Source: an uncultured Lentimicrobiaceae bacterium | Lineage (GTDB): Bacteria > Bacteroidota > Bacteroidia > Bacteroidales > F082 | Length of the DNA: 64,000 nt | Assembly (NCBI GenBank): GCA_964473395.1 | Contig: CAYYOW010000001.1 | Location: forward strand, 10,237 to 74,236 | Direction of reading: 5' to 3' | Shown: piece by piece, positions 58,721-64,000 of the stretch | Layout: each line of letters begins with the position of its first letter | Position numbering within the stretch: the stretch's first letter is position 1 | Notes under the pieces: model-generated | The model's database searches: none | What the model was told of the DNA's origin: nothing | What the model saw: only the letters and a program-made list of their open reading frames with translations | Made by a program: the position numbers and the translations under genes

Positions 58721-60853
58721 ATGAGACATAAATTCCCATATTATCTCATACTGTTATCGGTTATATTTTCCCTCATAAATATGAATGTAGAAGCTCAGGA
58801 TGGTGATACATTACACAATCCTTCAGAGTTTCTGACCAACCAGATGGAAAATTTGGCAAAGTCCTCAGACAGACAGCAGGACTATTCCGACCTCGCTGAC
58901 GATTATATTTATTACACCAAACGTCCAATCAATATTAATGGAACCGGTACGGATATATTAATACAATTACATTTACTTAATGATGCACAACTTACCTCTC
59001 TAAAATACTACATTCATAAAAACGGTGCAATTCTCAGTATTTACGAATTGCAATATGTTTCCGGCTTTAACGCACAAGTAATTCAACAGTTAGGCCCGTT
59101 TATCAAGACCGGTATTCCGGAAAAAGCAAAACCATATTCCTGGAAAAGGGCTTTAAAATATGGAGACCATCAGGTTCTGATACGTTATAGCCAAATCATT
59201 GAACCTGTTGCCGGTTATGCAATTCCTGCCGATTCGGCCTTCGTGAAGCCCGGTTCTGTATATCTGGGAACTCCACAAAAGCTATATCTACGCTATGGTT
59301 TCCGCTCCGGCAACCATTTGCGCTGGGGTTTTACCACAGAAAAAGATGCCGGCGAAATATTTCTCCCTAACCACTTAAGCGACAGCGTAAAGCAGATGCT
59401 AGGCAGCAAGGAGCCCCATTTTCCGGACTTTTTCTCAGCCTATGCCTACGTATCTAATCTGGGTATTTTGAAGAAGGCCATCATCGGCGATTACCATCTT
59501 GAATTTGGGCAGGGACTGTGCCTTTGGTCAGGCTTAACTTTTGGGAAATCAGCGGAGACCACTTCCGTCAAATACTATGGTTCCGGTATTCGTCCTAACA
59601 CATCGGCAAATGAAAACAGGTTTTTTCGTGGAGCAGCTTTTACCCTTGCCCTTGCCAGGAAAGATATAGAGATCACCACATTTTATTCACACAACAAAAT
59701 AGATGGAAGTTATTTTATTACCCCTTCCGGGAGAGATGAAATCACAACGATTCTGGAAACAGGAAACCACCGGACAATAAGCGAGTTACTCAACAGAAAC
59801 AGGCTAACCATTGAAGCCTTTGGCGGTCATGTCGGTTATACTTATCATTTTATGAAAGTGGGGGCAACTTATTATCAAACCCGGCTGAGCCTACCACTGG
59901 AGCCCGCCCGGCAGCTTTACAGAAAGTTTTATTTCCGTGGAAAACAGCTTAGTAATGCATCGGTCGATCTGAATTTGCAATTTTCGCATATTTCATTTTT
60001 TGGGGAACTTGCTGCCAATCCGGGATCAAGCCTGGCGGGAATAGCCGGCATCAATGTTTACCCTTCCGACCGGCTGAGCCTAACACTGAGCTATCGCAAC
60101 ATTTCTCCGGCCTATAAAGTTATTTATGCAGCTCCGTTTATGGAGTCGGGAAGTGTAAATAACGAACGGGGTATTTATCTCGGTATCAAGATACTGCTTT
60201 CAAGCCTGTTTACGTTCAAGGCTTACGCCGATTATTTCTCCTTCCCATGGTTGAGATTCCAGATGAATAGCCCCACCACCGGAAAAGCTTTTCTTGCCGA
60301 ACTCGACATGATACCGGAAAAAAGCGTAAGTATGTATTTTCGCCTCCGATACCAGCAAAGAGCCGAAAACGTTTCTAGTCCGGATAGCTATCATCCTTTG
60401 TTATCACTGAAAAGCTATACTGATTTTCGCTATTCCATCTCTTATTCTGCCCTGCCCCGGTTGGCTTTCAAAATGCGTGTAGAATATGTCTTTTTTACCA
60501 AGGCATCCGATCGCGAAAAAGGTTTTCTAATGTACCAGGATATTGTGTACAGCCTTATAAAATTACCACTTAACATAAGTTTTCGTTATGCACTTTTTGA
60601 TACAGATGGCTGGAACAGCCGGATTTATGCTTATGAAAGCGATGTACTGTATGCTTACACCATTCCTGCATATTACGATAAGGGACAACGTATTTATCTG
60701 TTGTTGCACTGTAAGCTTAAAAAATATATCAGCATTTGGCTGAAGGCTTCCCGGACACTCTTCTTTAATAAGAGGAGTATTTCTTCCGGTCCGGATGCCA
60801 TAGCCGGTAACCACAAAACAAGCATCAAACTACAGGTTCTATTGAAATTTTGA
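58721..60853 (+). CDS. ComEA-like helix-hairpin-helix domain fused to a large outer-membrane beta-barrel
   Basis: Signal peptide; PININ...L..L.LL..Q...L..Y...NG.I.SIYELQ.V.GF...I..L.PFI HhH pattern; EKDAGE, GDYHLEFGQGL, RIYAYESD; ends in VLLKF. Confidence 0.8.
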   Translation: MRHKFPYYLILLSVIFSLINMNVEAQDGDTLHNPSEFLTNQMENLAKSSDRQQDYSDLADDYIYYTKRPININGTGTDILIQLHLLNDAQLTSLKYYIHKNGAILSIYELQYVSGFNAQVIQQLGPFIKTGIPEKAKPYSWKRALKYGDHQVLIRYSQIIEPVAGYAIPADSAFVKPGSVYLGTPQKLYLRYGFRSGNHLRWGFTTEKDAGEIFLPNHLSDSVKQMLGSKEPHFPDFFSAYAYVSNLGILKKAIIGDYHLEFGQGLCLWSGLTFGKSAETTSVKYYGSGIRPNTSANENRFFRGAAFTLALARKDIEITTFYSHNKIDGSYFITPSGRDEITTILETGNHRTISELLNRNRLTIEAFGGHVGYTYHFMKVGATYYQTRLSLPLEPARQLYRKFYFRGKQLSNASVDLNLQFSHISFFGELAANPGSSLAGIAGINVYPSDRLSLTLSYRNISPAYKVIYAAPFMESGSVNNERGIYLGIKILLSSLFTFKAYADYFSFPWLRFQMNSPTTGKAFLAELDMIPEKSVSMYFRLRYQQRAENVSSPDSYHPLLSLKSYTDFRYSISYSALPRLAFKMRVEYVFFTKASDREKGFLMYQDIVYSLIKLPLNISFRYALFDTDGWNSRIYAYESDVLYAYTIPAYYDKGQRIYLLLHCKLKKYISIWLKASRTLFFNKRSISSGPDAIAGNHKTSIKLQVLLKF

Positions 60854-60857
60854 GCAT

Positions 60858-60887
60858 AAAAAAGGAGCTGTAATTACAGCTCCTTTT
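60858..60887. terminator. bidirectional terminator
   Basis: Perfect palindrome AAAAGGAGCTGTAATTACAGCTCCTTTT between convergent genes. Confidence 0.88.
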
Positions 60888-60909
60888 CCAAAATCGTTTT
60901 TTTGAAATG

Positions 60910-61227
60910 CTATAATAGTTGCTCAAGCTTATTAACTAAAACCTGTTTGGGAACCGAGCCAACCTGCTTATCTACCACTTCTCCGTTTTTAAAGAATAAA
61001 ATGGTAGGAATATTACGAATACGGTAACGACGAGCGATGGCTGGGTTGTGGTCAACATCCATTTTACCAACCAAAACTTTATCACTGTAATCTTCACCAA
61101 TTTCCTGAATAACAGGACCGACAACGCGGCAGGGGCCGCACCATATTGCCCAAAAGTCAACAATAACCGGCTTATCGGAGTTTAAAACCAGCGTATCAAA
61201 ATTTGCATCTGTGAATTCTAAAGCCAT
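60910..61227 (-). CDS. trxA: thioredoxin
   Basis: VDFWAIWCGPC, IPT. Confidence 0.97.
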   Translation of the reverse strand: MALEFTDANFDTLVLNSDKPVIVDFWAIWCGPCRVVGPVIQEIGEDYSDKVLVGKMDVDHNPAIARRYRIRNIPTILFFKNGEVVDKQVGSVPKQVLVNKLEQLL

Positions 61228-61307
61228 TTTTTTATTTTTTTATTTGGTTACAAAATTAATAAAGAAACTGATACGGACAAATGTATATATATTATTGACT
61301 CCATAGT

Positions 61308-64000
61308 CTATTTACTCAGCAAGTAACGAAACGCTCCCAACCTACGGAGATTATTCAGAAAGTAAAGGGCATCCACTTTTCCCGATTTGCCTTTTAGAAC
61401 CAACGGCCGTTTATTATCGGCAGAACTCAACGAAATCATTAGTTGGGTTTCTCCGGGATAGTCATGTTTCATTTTTAACAGTTCGTTTATAATTTCATCA
61501 GTAACCTCCTCGGGACTAATATATAAGGTAAGCTTCTTAATTGCCTTATTCATGGCATCTTCCAAAAGAGAAATATCAAGAATATTAATGTTAATGTTAT
61601 TCTCATCGTAGCGGCTGGATTCCACTTTGGCATGTACCATCAGATTATTACCCACCACAAGCATATGTTTCAGCCTCAGATACGTTTCCTTAAAAAGTCG
61701 TAAATCTATGGAACCTGAATAATCTTCCAACGTCATGATACCAAAAAGAGAGCCACTTTTCGTGGTTCTTTGCAGCGTGGAAGTCACCATGCCACCAAAC
61801 GTGATTTCTTTATTTTTATAATTAGCCAGGTTACTACGCAACCGGGCAATACCAATGTTACATAAATGCTTCAGTGTCAACTCAAAAGCATCTAAAGGGT
61901 GACCGGAAATATAAAACCCGGTTACCTCCTTTTCGAACCGCAACAGGACAGCTTTGGACCAGGGTTCACAGGATGGAATGGGTGGATCCTGCACTTCAAA
62001 TTCATCAGAATCACCAAAAAGAGAAACCTGTGCGGAGTTCTTTTTTTGCTGATATTTTGATGCAAAGCGGATAATCTTTTCGATAAACTCCGGATCGTTT
62101 TCATTTTCTTTGTAAAAGTACTGCGCCCGGTGCGTTCCGGTAAAAGCATCGAATGCTCCGGCTTTTGCCAGGGCTTCGAAGCTTCTTTTGTTCACCGATT
62201 TCAGGTTGACCCGCTTGGCCATATCGAAAATACTTTTGAAAGGTCCGTTGTTCTCCCTTTCAACAATAATATCTTCCACGGCGCTACCCCCTACCCCTTT
62301 GATAGCGGCCATACCAAAACGAATGATACCCTCTTTTGTTACGGTAAAGTTCTGTGAACTCTCATTAATGTCCGGTCCGAGCACCTGAATACCCATCCGC
62401 TCTGCTTCTTTTGTGAAGAAAGTGATTTTATCAATATTATTCAAGTTACGGCTTAGCACAGCTGCCATAAATTCGGCAGGATAGTGTGCTTTCAGGTAGG
62501 CCGTCTGGTAAGAGACGTAGGAATAGCATGTTGCATGAGATTTGTTAAAGGCATATTTTGTAAATTCCTCCCAGTCATGCCATACTTTTTCAGCAATTTT
62601 TTGTGGGATGTCGTTTTTCTCACATCCGGTCAGATATTCTACTTTCAGCTTAGCCATCTCAGCCATTTTTTTCTTACCCATGGCTTTGCGCAGCGAGTCG
62701 GACTGCCCTCTTGTGAAGCCTGCCATTAGGCGCGAAAGCAACATCACCTGCTCCTGATAAACGGTAATCCCATAAGTCTCTTTTAGAATCTCCTCCATAA
62801 CAGGCACATCGTATTGAATGCTTTCCAACCCATGTTTACGCTTGATAAACTGAGGTATATACTGCATTGGACCAGGTCTGTACAGCGCGTTCATGGCAAT
62901 CAAATCTTCAAAACGTGTGGGTTTCAGATCCTGAAGATATTTCTTCATACCGTCTGACTCGAACTGAAACAGGCCTGTTGTTTCGCCCCGACCATACAGC
63001 TCATAAGTCTCTTTGTCGTCCAACGGGATATTATCAATATCTACATCTATACCCTTTGATCTTTTGATATTTTGCAGCGCATCTTTTATGATGGAGAGCG
63101 TTTTCAGCCCAAGGAAATCCATTTTGAGTAGTCCCACATCTTCAACATAATTCCCATCATACTGGGTAGCATATTCCAAAACCGAACCTTTCACGGTGGA
63201 GATGGGAACAAATTTATCCAGACTGTCACGGGCAATGATAATACCACAAGCGTGAGTACCGGTATTTCGCACCGACCCTTCGAGGGTCAATGCATTCCTC
63301 AGTACTGAAGAAACTTCAGGCTTCCCATGTTCCAACTCATGTTTAAGTTCCGGCACCTCTTTAATGGCATCGTTGAGGCTGACACCAGGACGTTCCGGAA
63401 TCATTTTTGCCAGTCGATCTGCCTCCTGCAACGGTAGTTTTTGTACCCTGGCCACATCGCGAATAGCGGATTTCGCAGCCATTTTCCCAAAAGTAATCAG
63501 GTGTGCAACGCGTTCTTTACCATATTTCTGTGATACATAATGCAGGACTTTTTCACGGCCATCGTCGTCAAAATCGATGTCGATATCAGGCATGGATATA
63601 CGATCGGGATTCAGGAAGCGTTCAAACAGCAATTTATACTCTAAAGGATCTATCTGTGTGATTTTCAAGCTGTAAGCCACTACGGACCCCGCGGCGCTTC
63701 CTCTTCCGGGGCCGACTGAAACGCCCATTTTCCGGGCAGCTTCCAAGAAATCCCACACAATTAGGAAGTAATCGGGAAACCCCATAGTTTTAATAACATC
63801 CAGCTCAAAGTCGATGCGTTCGGTGATGGTATCTGTTATTTCTGGATAGCGTTTTTTAGCACCTTCGTAAGTAAGGCTACGCAAATAGGCATTGGCATCT
63901 TCGAAAGGTTCGGGAATCTCAAACTCTGGCATAATTGGCTTATGATCAAGCTCATAAACCTCAATTTTATCATTAATTTCCTGGGTGTTAGTAATAGCCT
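61308..64000 (-). CDS. dnaE: DNA polymerase III alpha subunit (5' part outside the window)
   Basis: GPGRGSAAGS, MPDIDIDF, GLLKMDFLGL, YAFNKSH, GFYISGHPL; frame is open to the window end. Confidence 0.97.
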   Translation of the reverse strand, partial: AITNTQEINDKIEVYELDHKPIMPEFEIPEPFEDANAYLRSLTYEGAKKRYPEITDTITERIDFELDVIKTMGFPDYFLIVWDFLEAARKMGVSVGPGRGSAAGSVVAYSLKITQIDPLEYKLLFERFLNPDRISMPDIDIDFDDDGREKVLHYVSQKYGKERVAHLITFGKMAAKSAIRDVARVQKLPLQEADRLAKMIPERPGVSLNDAIKEVPELKHELEHGKPEVSSVLRNALTLEGSVRNTGTHACGIIIARDSLDKFVPISTVKGSVLEYATQYDGNYVEDVGLLKMDFLGLKTLSIIKDALQNIKRSKGIDVDIDNIPLDDKETYELYGRGETTGLFQFESDGMKKYLQDLKPTRFEDLIAMNALYRPGPMQYIPQFIKRKHGLESIQYDVPVMEEILKETYGITVYQEQVMLLSRLMAGFTRGQSDSLRKAMGKKKMAEMAKLKVEYLTGCEKNDIPQKIAEKVWHDWEEFTKYAFNKSHATCYSYVSYQTAYLKAHYPAEFMAAVLSRNLNNIDKITFFTKEAERMGIQVLGPDINESSQNFTVTKEGIIRFGMAAIKGVGGSAVEDIIVERENNGPFKSIFDMAKRVNLKSVNKRSFEALAKAGAFDAFTGTHRAQYFYKENENDPEFIEKIIRFASKYQQKKNSAQVSLFGDSDEFEVQDPPIPSCEPWSKAVLLRFEKEVTGFYISGHPLDAFELTLKHLCNIGIARLRSNLANYKNKEITFGGMVTSTLQRTTKSGSLFGIMTLEDYSGSIDLRLFKETYLRLKHMLVVGNNLMVHAKVESSRYDENNININILDISLLEDAMNKAIKKLTLYISPEEVTDEIINELLKMKHDYPGETQLMISLSSADNKRPLVLKGKSGKVDALYFLNNLRRLGAFRYLLSK

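Noticed and set aside
1-64000. CRISPR arrays, tRNA/rRNA genes, and inteins in dnaB/gyrA/dnaE
   Set aside because: No regularly spaced repeats or cloverleaf sequences were seen in the short intergenic gaps; protein lengths and motifs are continuous

Overview
This looks like core chromosome of a Bacteroidota bacterium, probably Bacteroidales-like (inferred from TAnnTTTG -7 promoter elements, PorX, a T9SS cargo protein and THX). It holds about 52 genes, mostly housekeeping: ruvX, def, fmt, hup, recQ, porX-tsaE-ald, dnaB, ppk2, gyrA, clpC, xerD, dapD, trxA and a partial dnaE. I found no rRNA, tRNA, CRISPR array or intact mobile element. The main observations are: (1) a 28-bp dif site at 41648-41675, with KOPS-like GGGNAGGG octamers mostly converging on it, so the window probably spans the replication terminus; (2) an arginine operon plus ndh next to dif, preceded by an unannotated 36-codon leader ORF (..YRNTRPPFGV) that overlaps mutually exclusive protector, antiterminator and terminator hairpins, a candidate undescribed arginine-sensing attenuator; (3) a murL-murD2 pair (L-Glu ligation then epimerisation route to peptidoglycan D-Glu); (4) a PorV/FadL-like barrel gene coupled to a ComEA-like helix-hairpin-helix/beta-barrel fusion; (5) THX fused to a histone-H1-like tail; (6) a cryptic STAS-like protein after crcB; (7) DnaA-box-like 9-mers near DNA-metabolism genes. 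All calls come from reading motifs by eye. No searches were run.
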